Origin: a virus
DNA length: 64,000 nt
Reading direction: 5' to 3' (one strand)
Virus record (IMG/VR): IMGVR_UViG_3300028920_000073
Program-made: the position numbers and the translations under genes
Shown: positions 46,959 to 55,533 of the stretch, piece by piece
How the letters are laid out: every line of letters starts with the position of its first letter
How positions within the stretch are numbered: the first letter of the stretch is position 1
Notes under the pieces: model-generated
The model's input: the letters and a program-made list of their open reading frames with translations, nothing else
The model's database searches: none
What the model was told of the DNA's origin: nothing

Positions 46959-47569
46959 AAATTCCTTTTGATAGTCATCTAACAAGAAAGCAAAGAATAT
47001 TTAATGTATTAGGTATTCCCTTAAAATATGTAAATGCAAGTGTAAAGGGTATCGAGTTTAATCCTATAAAAAAGATAGACTCTTCATATGAAAGTATTAC
47101 TCCAAGTAAACAAAAGAAATGGATTAAAAAGATAGCAACATATATAAAAAAACAAGATCTAGATAAATTAAAAAGTAAAAAAATATTTTTATATAGTCAG
47201 CCAACAGATAATACTGCGTTTAAACTAGCATCTATATTATTAATAAGAGCTTACAATGCTGGAAGAAAAATAAGATGTTTAAACTTAGATTTTATTAAGT
47301 ATAATGAAATTGATAAATATCAGGAAGATGAGTTTATAGTATTATATAGTGTTTATGAGAATTCAGTATATAAAAAATTTGATTTAATAAGAGGTTTACT
47401 AAGAAAGTTTGACACTAGTTTTGTAATGGTTATAGGTGGAACAAGATCATTATTAAAAGATGGAAAAGATCCTTTAGGTATACAAGAATTTAATGAGTTA
47501 CATATTGGTTATCCTTTTGATTATTTTATTCAGCCGTATGAAAACAATAAATTTACTAGAACAGTATGA
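46955..47569 (+). CDS. Degenerate DnaC/IstB-like helicase loader
   Basis: LGIPLKYVNAS N-terminal motif and AAA+-like strand pattern, Walker A not intact; upstream of dnaB. Confidence 0.45.
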   Translation: MKIPFDSHLTRKQRIFNVLGIPLKYVNASVKGIEFNPIKKIDSSYESITPSKQKKWIKKIATYIKKQDLDKLKSKKIFLYSQPTDNTAFKLASILLIRAYNAGRKIRCLNLDFIKYNEIDKYQEDEFIVLYSVYENSVYKKFDLIRGLLRKFDTSFVMVIGGTRSLLKDGKDPLGIQEFNELHIGYPFDYFIQPYENNKFTRTV

Positions 47570-48183
47570 ATAGAAATTTAAAAAATCATAGACCTGATTT
47601 AAGATTTTGGTTTGACAATTTATGGAGATGGAAACTTAATCTCCCAGAAATAGTTCCTAAAGAATGGAATTCCTTACCTCCACTAGAAAATATGTGGAAA
47701 TCAGAATGGAGTCCTTATTTTGAGGAACTTTGTAAAAAGGTTTATATAGGAAGATGGAATAAAAAATTTATTAAAAAACTAAAAGAGCATTTAATAATAG
47801 GAGCGGTAAGATATGGTTTGCTTCATGCAGTAAACAAACCTGTATATGATAGAGTAGAATCAATAATTAAAAGGATTAGGTTATATAAAGAAAACGGTAA
47901 CTTGGAGTATTTAGTAGATTGTGCAAATCTATGTTTATTAGAATTTGAAGAAGGTATACATCCAAAGAAAAACATGAATGAGTTATATACAATAAGAGAA
48001 CCAAAACTATCTTGTACAGAAATATATCTTAAAATGTACAAAAAAACAGGATGTTTATATTATCTTATTTTTACTTTTTGTAAATGTATGCATGAGTATA
48101 CACATTGTAAACATCCAAATAAACATTATAGACCAATAGAAGACGGAGAAGTAACAAGAGTAAAAGGAAAGGAAAAATTATGA
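47566..48183 (+). CDS. Conserved phage protein (GAxRYG...GNLEYLVDxAN; all-alpha NTP-PPase-like)
   Basis: Motif seen directly; family assignment tentative. Confidence 0.55.
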   Translation: MNRNLKNHRPDLRFWFDNLWRWKLNLPEIVPKEWNSLPPLENMWKSEWSPYFEELCKKVYIGRWNKKFIKKLKEHLIIGAVRYGLLHAVNKPVYDRVESIIKRIRLYKENGNLEYLVDCANLCLLEFEEGIHPKKNMNELYTIREPKLSCTEIYLKMYKKTGCLYYLIFTFCKCMHEYTHCKHPNKHYRPIEDGEVTRVKGKEKL

Positions 48184-48470
48184 GTGCAGAAGAAAAAGGA
48201 TCAACAGGTAAAACAGGATCAAAAGAAAATGTTTTAGTATTTAAAAAGGAAGATGTTGGAATTGGAGATAATGCTGCCAGAGATGAAGCTCTCATAAAAC
48301 TAAAGCATACAAAAGCATTTACTTTAATATATCTTGATGAAAACAATGTTCCTGGTTCTATATACAGTCATTCAGGTATATCACATATAGCTTCAAGAGG
48401 AATGGTAAATTTTTCTGAAAGGTTACATGATAAAATAGAAGAAAATCTTGATAAGGACTGTGGACTGTAA
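48180..48470 (+). CDS. Hypothetical protein
   Basis: 96 aa. Confidence 0.65.
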   Translation: MSAEEKGSTGKTGSKENVLVFKKEDVGIGDNAARDEALIKLKHTKAFTLIYLDENNVPGSIYSHSGISHIASRGMVNFSERLHDKIEENLDKDCGL

Positions 48471-48473
48471 TAA

Positions 48474-50855
48474 ATGGATAAAAAGGGTGATATAAAAACA
48501 GAAGTAAGAGTTATTAAAACTCTCTGTGATGGAAAATCAAAACATAAAGCAGAACTTTGGAATGTTCTTGATAACGATTTTTTTAGTTATCCTGATACAA
48601 TAGAAATATTTGAAAGATTAAAAGAACTACTAAGTAAAAACAAAACAGATGTACCTTCCTTAAAAGTTTTTAAAAAGGATATAAGTTTATCAAAAAATGC
48701 AAAAATAGTACTAAAGAATAAATCAAAGAAACTATCAAAAAGTTCTGACGTTGAAACTTCTATAAATATATTAAAGGAGTATAGAAGTAAAAGAATAATT
48801 GCGGAAGGGATTAAAAAGAGTTACAGCTTTTTAAAGGAAGGTAAACTTCGTAAATCAGAAATGATAATAGAAAAAGCTTTATTTAGAAGTAGATCAACAT
48901 CGTCAATAAAACGTCTTGTTCATGGAGGAGTAGAAGATCCAGGTAGCTATGAGGTATATAAAAAGGTTCTAAGCAAAGATGATGTTTCCTTAATACCAAC
49001 TGGATTTAAAGAATTTGACAAAGTAGTAGGAGGTTTTAAAAGAGGAAATCTTGTTATAATAACAGCCAATACAGGAGGTGGAAAATGCTTCAAAAAAAAT
49101 ACTAAAGTTCTTATGTACAATGGAAATATTAAAAACATACAAGATATAAAACCAAACGATAAAGTTATGGGAATAGATTCCAATTGTAGAACTGTTAAAA
49201 GCATACATAATGGAAAATCTATTATGTATAAAGTAACCCCAGTTAAAGGGGAACCTTTTGTTTGTAACAAAAATCATATATTATCATTACAATTAAACAG
49301 AAAAACAGGTAAATATGAAAAGGATTGCATTGTTAATATTAGTATTGAAGATTACTTAAAAGAAACAATTTCTTTTAAACATTATGCTAAACTGTTTAGA
49401 ACAGGAGTAGCATTTAAAGAACAAAAAACAAAATTACCACCATATCTTTTAGGACTTTTTTTAGGAGATGGGACTGTAGAATGTAAAAGAATAACTACCC
49501 CAGATAAAGAAATAATAAGTTATTTAAAAAAGTATTCCAAAAAAATAGGATATAGATTATCAAAAACAGAAACCCCAAAAGTAAAATCTGATGTTTATTT
49601 TATAGCTGCTAACAAACAGGGTAAAAGGGAAAGAGTAAATAAAGTAAAAGAATATTTAGATGAAGCATTACATGGAAAAGAAAAATATATACCTAAAGAG
49701 TATCTTATAAACTCAGAGCAAAAAAGATTAAAACTTCTTGCAGGTTTACTGGATACAGATGGATTTCTTCATCATAATTTTTATGAAATAACCACAAAAT
49801 ACAAAAGTCTCAAAAGGGATATTCTTTTCTTATCTAGGTCTTTGGGTTTTGGAGCAACTTGTAAAGACAAGTTTGTTTGTATTAATAATAAAAAATTAAA
49901 ATACTATAGAATAAACATAACAGGAGATGTAAATAAAATACCATGTAAAGTAAAAAGAAGAATAGCTTTACCAAGAAAACAGATTAAAAGTGTTCTAAGA
50001 ACTGGATTCAAAATAAAAAAACTAAAAAAAGATTCATACTATGGTTTTGAATTAAAAGAAAAAGATGGTTTGTTTTTATTAAATGATTTTACTGTTGTTC
50101 ATAATTCAACATTTTCTCAACAGCTTCTTATTAATATGTATAGAAAAAGATTCAGTGTTGCTATTATATCACTAGAAATGGAAGAAGATGAGCTAATGGA
50201 AAGACTGTTAGCAAACATAGCTCATGTTAAGCATTCAAGAATAAGATTAAAAAAGATAGGATCAAAAGAAAGAAGAAAAATAAAGGAAGCATTTGCTACC
50301 TTTGAAGAAGTTGGTCTTAATTATGGTAACAGATATACATTTTATTGTCCAACAGAAGACTTTACTTTACCACAACTAATGGCTCAGATAAAACATATAA
50401 ATTATGATGTTGTTATACTTGATTATGCTAGTTTAGTACAAGCTGAATCAGACAGAGAAACAGAAGCTAAAAGTTTAGGAGAGCTCGCAAGAAAATTTAA
50501 AAGATTAGGTGTTTCAAATAATTCAGTTAACGTATTATTAGCACAAGGTAAAGATGATGGAGATGTAAAATATTCAAGAGCAATTAAGGAACATGCTAAT
50601 TACTGGTTAAATTGGAATTACAGCAAAGAAGATAGAATAAAACAAAGTGTAGATATAAATTTAGGTAAAGCAAGAAATGCACCTCTATTTACGTTTCCTT
50701 CTTCAATGGAAGTTAAATATATGAAAATGAGAGATTTAACACCTTCCTTAAAAGCAAAACTTGAAGAAGAAGGAATTGAAAAGGAAATGAAAAAGGAAGA
50801 AGCTGAAATAGCTGAAAAGAAAATAAAAGAGAATGATGACTTTGATGATTTTTAA
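48474..50855 (+). CDS. dnaB: DnaB-type replicative helicase with intein (about 453 aa after splicing)
   Basis: TGFKEFDKVVGGFKRGNLVII; Walker A ANTGGGK|S; IISLEM; VILDYASL; arginine finger GKARN. Confidence 0.92.
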   Translation: MDKKGDIKTEVRVIKTLCDGKSKHKAELWNVLDNDFFSYPDTIEIFERLKELLSKNKTDVPSLKVFKKDISLSKNAKIVLKNKSKKLSKSSDVETSINILKEYRSKRIIAEGIKKSYSFLKEGKLRKSEMIIEKALFRSRSTSSIKRLVHGGVEDPGSYEVYKKVLSKDDVSLIPTGFKEFDKVVGGFKRGNLVIITANTGGGKCFKKNTKVLMYNGNIKNIQDIKPNDKVMGIDSNCRTVKSIHNGKSIMYKVTPVKGEPFVCNKNHILSLQLNRKTGKYEKDCIVNISIEDYLKETISFKHYAKLFRTGVAFKEQKTKLPPYLLGLFLGDGTVECKRITTPDKEIISYLKKYSKKIGYRLSKTETPKVKSDVYFIAANKQGKRERVNKVKEYLDEALHGKEKYIPKEYLINSEQKRLKLLAGLLDTDGFLHHNFYEITTKYKSLKRDILFLSRSLGFGATCKDKFVCINNKKLKYYRINITGDVNKIPCKVKRRIALPRKQIKSVLRTGFKIKKLKKDSYYGFELKEKDGLFLLNDFTVVHNSTFSQQLLINMYRKRFSVAIISLEMEEDELMERLLANIAHVKHSRIRLKKIGSKERRKIKEAFATFEEVGLNYGNRYTFYCPTEDFTLPQLMAQIKHINYDVVILDYASLVQAESDRETEAKSLGELARKFKRLGVSNNSVNVLLAQGKDDGDVKYSRAIKEHANYWLNWNYSKEDRIKQSVDINLGKARNAPLFTFPSSMEVKYMKMRDLTPSLKAKLEEEGIEKEMKKEEAEIAEKKIKENDDFDDF
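49086..50105 (+). mobile_element. Intein in DnaB P-loop (340 aa, LAGLIDADG HEN)
   Basis: CFKKNT...FTVVHN|S; LLGLFLGDG and LLAGLLDTDG. Confidence 0.92.
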
Positions 50856-50875
50856 CATTTAAAAAGGAAATAAAA

Positions 50876-51547
50876 ATGAGATTTGACGAATATCAAAAAA
50901 AGGCTTCTACTACAGCTATATTTATGAACAAAGTTAAAGAAAAATATGGTGACCAAATACCAGAAGAAATATATAAAGTTATGGGTATATCTTATTGTGC
51001 TTTGGGTATGGGAGAATCTGGAGAGGTTCAAGAAAAAATAAATAATATAATAATAGATAAATCTGGATTAATAGATGACGATGATATAAAGCAAATAAAA
51101 GGAGAAATGGGAGATCAACTTTGGTATATATCTGCAATGTGTACATTCTTAGATTTTCAAATGCAAAGCATTGCTAATGGATATATTGATTTTGAAATAT
51201 TTCAAAATAATGTAGTAACAATAGATATATCAAAATTAAGAATCGACAATATAGATATACATGATAATATTGCACATATTATGGAAGTATCTTGTTGTGC
51301 TTTAGGTATGGGAGAATCTGGTCAAATACAAGGTAAAGTTAAAAAAATAATAAGAGATGCTGGTGGTGACATAAATAAAAAAATTATTGATAACATTGTA
51401 AAAAGTATGACAATACAACTTGAATGGATTGCTAATATGTGTAATCTACTAAACATAAATATGTCTGATGTTGCAGAAGGTAATATAGATAAACTTTTTG
51501 ATAGGAAAGATAGAGGAGTTTTAACAGGCAGTGGAGATAACAGATAA
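50876..51547 (+). CDS. mazG: MazG-like nucleotide pyrophosphohydrolase, internally duplicated
   Basis: CALGMGESGE...EMGDQLWY; C-terminal NIDKLFDRKDRGVLTGSGDNR; CALGMGESG occurs twice 100 codons apart. Confidence 0.8.
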   Translation: MRFDEYQKKASTTAIFMNKVKEKYGDQIPEEIYKVMGISYCALGMGESGEVQEKINNIIIDKSGLIDDDDIKQIKGEMGDQLWYISAMCTFLDFQMQSIANGYIDFEIFQNNVVTIDISKLRIDNIDIHDNIAHIMEVSCCALGMGESGQIQGKVKKIIRDAGGDINKKIIDNIVKSMTIQLEWIANMCNLLNINMSDVAEGNIDKLFDRKDRGVLTGSGDNR

Positions 51548-51557
51548 CACAAAAACA
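51545..51557 (+). promoter_or_regulatory. TAACACAA leader motif
   Basis: TAACACAAAAACA beginning at the mazG stop, upstream of the clamp gene. Confidence 0.55.
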
Positions 51558-51574
51558 TTTAAAAAGGGAAAGTA

Positions 51575-52753
51575 ATGAAAAAGAAAAAAACAGAAAGTTA
51601 TGAAGACTTTGCTGTAACAGTAAACTTCAATGACTTTAAAAAGCAACTTAGTTTTATTGATCAGCTATCAAAGGTTATAGCTTTAGGAGATTCAAAAGCA
51701 TCTGATTTAGTATTAGTTAAAACAACTAAAACTGGTATAAGCATGGAGTTCGCACGTGGAGGTTTATACGCTAAACTAAAAACCGATGCTACTATACTAG
51801 GGAAGGGTGGGTTTGTTATACCATTTCCTTATCTGACATCAATACGAGGAAGAAAAAAAGAAGTAACTCTAAGTGTAAGTAATATTGATAAAGAAGATAT
51901 GCTTTGCTTTAAAAGCGGTGTTACTAAAGGAGAAATAAAAGTATCAAAAAAATATGATTCAGTTGAAAACGCAATACCAGAAAACAAAATTAAATGTAAG
52001 ATTATATTAAATCCAAAAACTATCAAAGATAATGTAAACAAAGTTGTTTTTAACACATATGATCCTCATATAGATAAAGGAATAGGTCTTCCTATTGTAA
52101 TAAAAGGTGAAAAAAAATCTTTGAGTATGACTTCAAATGATAAATTTTGTGCATCAAAAATAAATATAAGCACAGATGATAAAGTTGATAATGTATTAAT
52201 TACTTTACAAGCAACTATTTTTGATTTAATATTAAAGAATTGTGAATCTGATAAACTTAAAATAGGTAAGGATGATTCATCAACTAAATTTTTATCTGAA
52301 AGATTTACTATTATTGCACCAACACAAGATCTAAGTTCTATTGATTTTGATGAATGGGTTGTTAGTAACATAGATAAAGATAGTAAGGAAGCTGAGGTAA
52401 CTTTTGATACAGAAAACACAACAAATATAATCGAAGATGTAAGTGCATTATCAAAAGTAGTAGAATCAGAACCTACAGTACTAATGGTTTTTTCTCCAGA
52501 TAAAATGAAAACTAATGTTAAGGTAGAATCTGCTGTTGGTAAAACAACATCGTCATTTAAAATCAAAAAAATGACTAAGAATGGAAATAAAACAAAAAAA
52601 CCTATTAAAATAAAAGTAACAGGTTATTTACTGGAAGAATTCTTAAAAATAATGAGTAAAAATAAAACAACAGTATTAGATGTATATACAAATCTTGTTG
52701 TGATAAAAGATACTGATAATAATTTTAACTATATAATTCCTTTATTAACATGA
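51575..52753 (+). CDS. dnaN: DNA polymerase sliding clamp (beta/DnaN-like)
   Basis: 392 aa, three repeated beta-alpha-beta domains; GGFVIP, LSMTSND, GYLLEEFLK...FNYIIP patterns; in replication cluster. Confidence 0.7.
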   Translation: MKKKKTESYEDFAVTVNFNDFKKQLSFIDQLSKVIALGDSKASDLVLVKTTKTGISMEFARGGLYAKLKTDATILGKGGFVIPFPYLTSIRGRKKEVTLSVSNIDKEDMLCFKSGVTKGEIKVSKKYDSVENAIPENKIKCKIILNPKTIKDNVNKVVFNTYDPHIDKGIGLPIVIKGEKKSLSMTSNDKFCASKINISTDDKVDNVLITLQATIFDLILKNCESDKLKIGKDDSSTKFLSERFTIIAPTQDLSSIDFDEWVVSNIDKDSKEAEVTFDTENTTNIIEDVSALSKVVESEPTVLMVFSPDKMKTNVKVESAVGKTTSSFKIKKMTKNGNKTKKPIKIKVTGYLLEEFLKIMSKNKTTVLDVYTNLVVIKDTDNNFNYIIPLLT

Positions 52754-53550
52754 GAACACCTATAGCATATTATGGTGGTAAACAAAAACTTATAAAAGAA
52801 ATAATACCACTAATTCCTAGACACAAACAGTATGTGGAACCATTTTTTGGTGGTGGTGCTGTATTCTTTGCTAAAGATAAAAGCAAAAACGAAGCAATTA
52901 ATGATTTAGATAAAAGTGTAATTAACTTTTATAAAGTCTTACAAAATAATTTTAAAAAACTTCAAAAAAGAATAAAAGAAACTCTCCATCACGAACACTT
53001 ACATACTAAAGCTCATAAAATATTGAAAAAACCTATGAAGGATAAAATAGAGTATGCATGGGCTTTTTGGGTTCAAACAAACATGAGTTTTGGAAACACA
53101 ATGTTCGGTGGTTTTGCTTTTAGTAATGATGGAGAAGCAAAAAACACAAGAAACAAAAGAAAAAACTTTGATGAAAGATATCTTAACAGAATAGAACATG
53201 CTGAAATATTTTGTAGAGATGCTATAGGACTTATTAAAATAAAAGATTCAAAAGACACATTCTTTTATGTTGATCCTCCATATGTTAGTTCTGATTGTGG
53301 ACATTATAAAGGTTATACTAAAAAAGATTTTAGAAAACTACTTATAACACTGGCTAATATAAAAGGAAAGTTTTTATTAAGCAGTTATCCAGAAGATGAT
53401 CTAATCAGGTTTAGAAAAAAACATAAATGGAATAAAAAAGATAGAGAATTAAATGTAGCAGTTACAGGTAAAAGAAAAGGACAGCTAAAAAAGTTAGAAT
53501 GCTTGACATGGAATTACAAAAAAGAAAATACATTAAAAAGTTTGTTTTAA
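52750..53550 (+). CDS. dam: Dam-like (D12 class) N6-adenine DNA methyltransferase
   Basis: YYGGKQKL, YVEPFFGGGAVFF, FYVDPPY; target sequence not determinable. Confidence 0.9.
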   Translation: MRTPIAYYGGKQKLIKEIIPLIPRHKQYVEPFFGGGAVFFAKDKSKNEAINDLDKSVINFYKVLQNNFKKLQKRIKETLHHEHLHTKAHKILKKPMKDKIEYAWAFWVQTNMSFGNTMFGGFAFSNDGEAKNTRNKRKNFDERYLNRIEHAEIFCRDAIGLIKIKDSKDTFFYVDPPYVSSDCGHYKGYTKKDFRKLLITLANIKGKFLLSSYPEDDLIRFRKKHKWNKKDRELNVAVTGKRKGQLKKLECLTWNYKKENTLKSLF

Positions 53551-53925
53551 ATGTTTGATGACTATAAGATAAGAGAGTTTCAACCATCTAGAGATATCAA
53601 AAAAACTTATATCTTAAGATTACTTAATACTGTTGGAACAGTAGATGATTATATGACAAAAATATACAAATATCAATCTTTAAAACTTATTGAATATAGG
53701 TTTAACAACAATGGAGTTCTTGTTGGTTACACTTTTTCAACAGATCTAGAAGTTATATGCTCTAGCTGGCTCGCATTAGTTAAACCTAAAGTTGATTTTG
53801 ATAACAATTTAAAAATATCAAACAAAGATATATTTGATAATGATGAGTTAAGAATTAGTTTACATACACAAAATAGTAAAACAAACATAGGATATATTTT
53901 AGTTCCTTTTAAAGAGAAGATTTAG
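53551..53925 (+). CDS. Hypothetical protein
   Basis: 124 aa. Confidence 0.6.
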   Translation: MFDDYKIREFQPSRDIKKTYILRLLNTVGTVDDYMTKIYKYQSLKLIEYRFNNNGVLVGYTFSTDLEVICSSWLALVKPKVDFDNNLKISNKDIFDNDELRISLHTQNSKTNIGYILVPFKEKI

Positions 53926-53932
53926 ATTATTT

Positions 53933-54283
53933 ATGGGAGAAGTTGATGTATATATAAAGGTCATTAGTGATCCAGGTGCAAAGGAAAGAGGTTTCTCAAT
54001 ACTTGGAAGACAGTTTAAACCTGCATTTCCTGCAATATATACAACAAAGGCAATATCAATAATAGATGGTAGAGAAGAAACTGTAAGTGTTTGGATAATA
54101 GCAGAAAAAGAATACTTAAGAGTTGTTCCTGAGCATGAAAATTTTAGACCAACAAGTCAGTTTTGGGTTTTTCCAGCAGAGCTATGTTCACCTATTGTTC
54201 CTACTCACGGAAAATTTAAAAAGGAAGTATCACAAAAGGAACTAGATTTTATTAAAAAAATAAGAGAAGAAGGAATTAAATAA
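53933..54283 (+). CDS. Hypothetical beta-rich protein
   Basis: 116 aa upstream of tubulin gene. Confidence 0.6.
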   Translation: MGEVDVYIKVISDPGAKERGFSILGRQFKPAFPAIYTTKAISIIDGREETVSVWIIAEKEYLRVVPEHENFRPTSQFWVFPAELCSPIVPTHGKFKKEVSQKELDFIKKIREEGIK

Positions 54284-54294
54284 AGGAGATTAAC

Positions 54295-55410
54295 ATGAAC
54301 AGTCTTAACTTAGATGACTTTAAAGATATTGAGCTTGAAGAACAAGCTGAGGATGTTGTAGAGGATAATAATGAAGTAGGTGTTAAAATGGCATTTGTTG
54401 GTGGTGGACAATGTGGATGTCGTATAGCTGACACCTTTTATGATAAATTTGGATACAGAAGAGTATTATTGTTTAATACAACAAAAAAAGATATGGAAGG
54501 ATTAAAAACTCCTGAAGCTAATCAAGTTCTATCTGAAAAAACAGATGGTGCTGGTAAAGATTATAGTAAAGGAAGGAAAGCTATTGAACAATCTAAAAAC
54601 GAAGTACTTAAGGTGATGAAAAATAGATTTAAAGAAGGTATTGATAAAATTATGGTCTGTATAGGAGCAGGTGGTGGAACTGGATCTGGGACAGCTAAAA
54701 TTTTAGCGGATATATCTGAAGATTATCTATACAAACAAGGAATGGATAATGCAAAAAATAATATTGGTTTTATTGTTACGTTACCTGATAGATCTGAAGG
54801 ATCAATTGTTTTTAACAATGCATATAAAGTATTAAAAGATATTATAGGAAAAGGATACTCTCCTATAATGATATTAGATAATGCAAAAGTTACAAAAATG
54901 TTATCAGGACAAAATCTTACAGAAGCTAACAGATGGTTTATGATTAATAATGTTGCTTGCAAATTATTTGATATCTTTAACACTATCTCTGCACAACAAT
55001 CAAAATATACAAACTTTGATCCTACCGATTTAAAGGATGTTTATAATAGTGGTATAATAACTGTTGGTCTTACAAAACTTGAAAAAGTATCAAAGGATAC
55101 AGACATAGCTGATGCTCTTTATAAAAATCTTAAAAACAATCTTCTTGTAGAAGGATTAAGTATTAACAGTGCAACTCATGGAGCTGTAATAATAGCAACG
55201 GAAGAAGAAACAATTAAAAATATTCCTGCATCTTCAACAGATAACGCTTTTAACACTTTAATATCGATGATGAATGGTGGAGACACATCTAAAAAGGTTG
55301 CTTTACATAGAGGTGTATATGAAGCATCTGGATCTGGTATAACTGTTTTTTCAATGATTGGTGGATTTGAATTTCCACAAGATCGCTTAGATTCCTACAA
55401 AAGAGGTTAA
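54295..55410 (+). CDS. Tubulin/FtsZ-family GTPase (TubZ/PhuZ-like)
   Basis: T1 GGGQCG, T3 GAGKD, T4 GAGGGTGSG, T5 TLP..EG, T6 ILDN, T7 NFDPTD. Confidence 0.93.
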   Translation: MNSLNLDDFKDIELEEQAEDVVEDNNEVGVKMAFVGGGQCGCRIADTFYDKFGYRRVLLFNTTKKDMEGLKTPEANQVLSEKTDGAGKDYSKGRKAIEQSKNEVLKVMKNRFKEGIDKIMVCIGAGGGTGSGTAKILADISEDYLYKQGMDNAKNNIGFIVTLPDRSEGSIVFNNAYKVLKDIIGKGYSPIMILDNAKVTKMLSGQNLTEANRWFMINNVACKLFDIFNTISAQQSKYTNFDPTDLKDVYNSGIITVGLTKLEKVSKDTDIADALYKNLKNNLLVEGLSINSATHGAVIIATEEETIKNIPASSTDNAFNTLISMMNGGDTSKKVALHRGVYEASGSGITVFSMIGGFEFPQDRLDSYKRG

Positions 55411-55424
55411 TATTTAAATTTTTG

Positions 55425-55457
55425 TATCGGTATTTTATCGGTATTTTATCGGTATTT
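55425..55457 (+). repeat. Perfect 3 x 11-bp direct repeat (TATCGGTATTT)
   Basis: Copies at 55425, 55436, 55447, 15 nt after the tubulin stop. Confidence 0.95.
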
Positions 55458-55533
55458 ATAAAAAGATATTCGAAAAATGTCTTTTTATTATAAATACCCA
55501 ACTTTGTTCTGTTTATACAAAATTAAGGTAATT

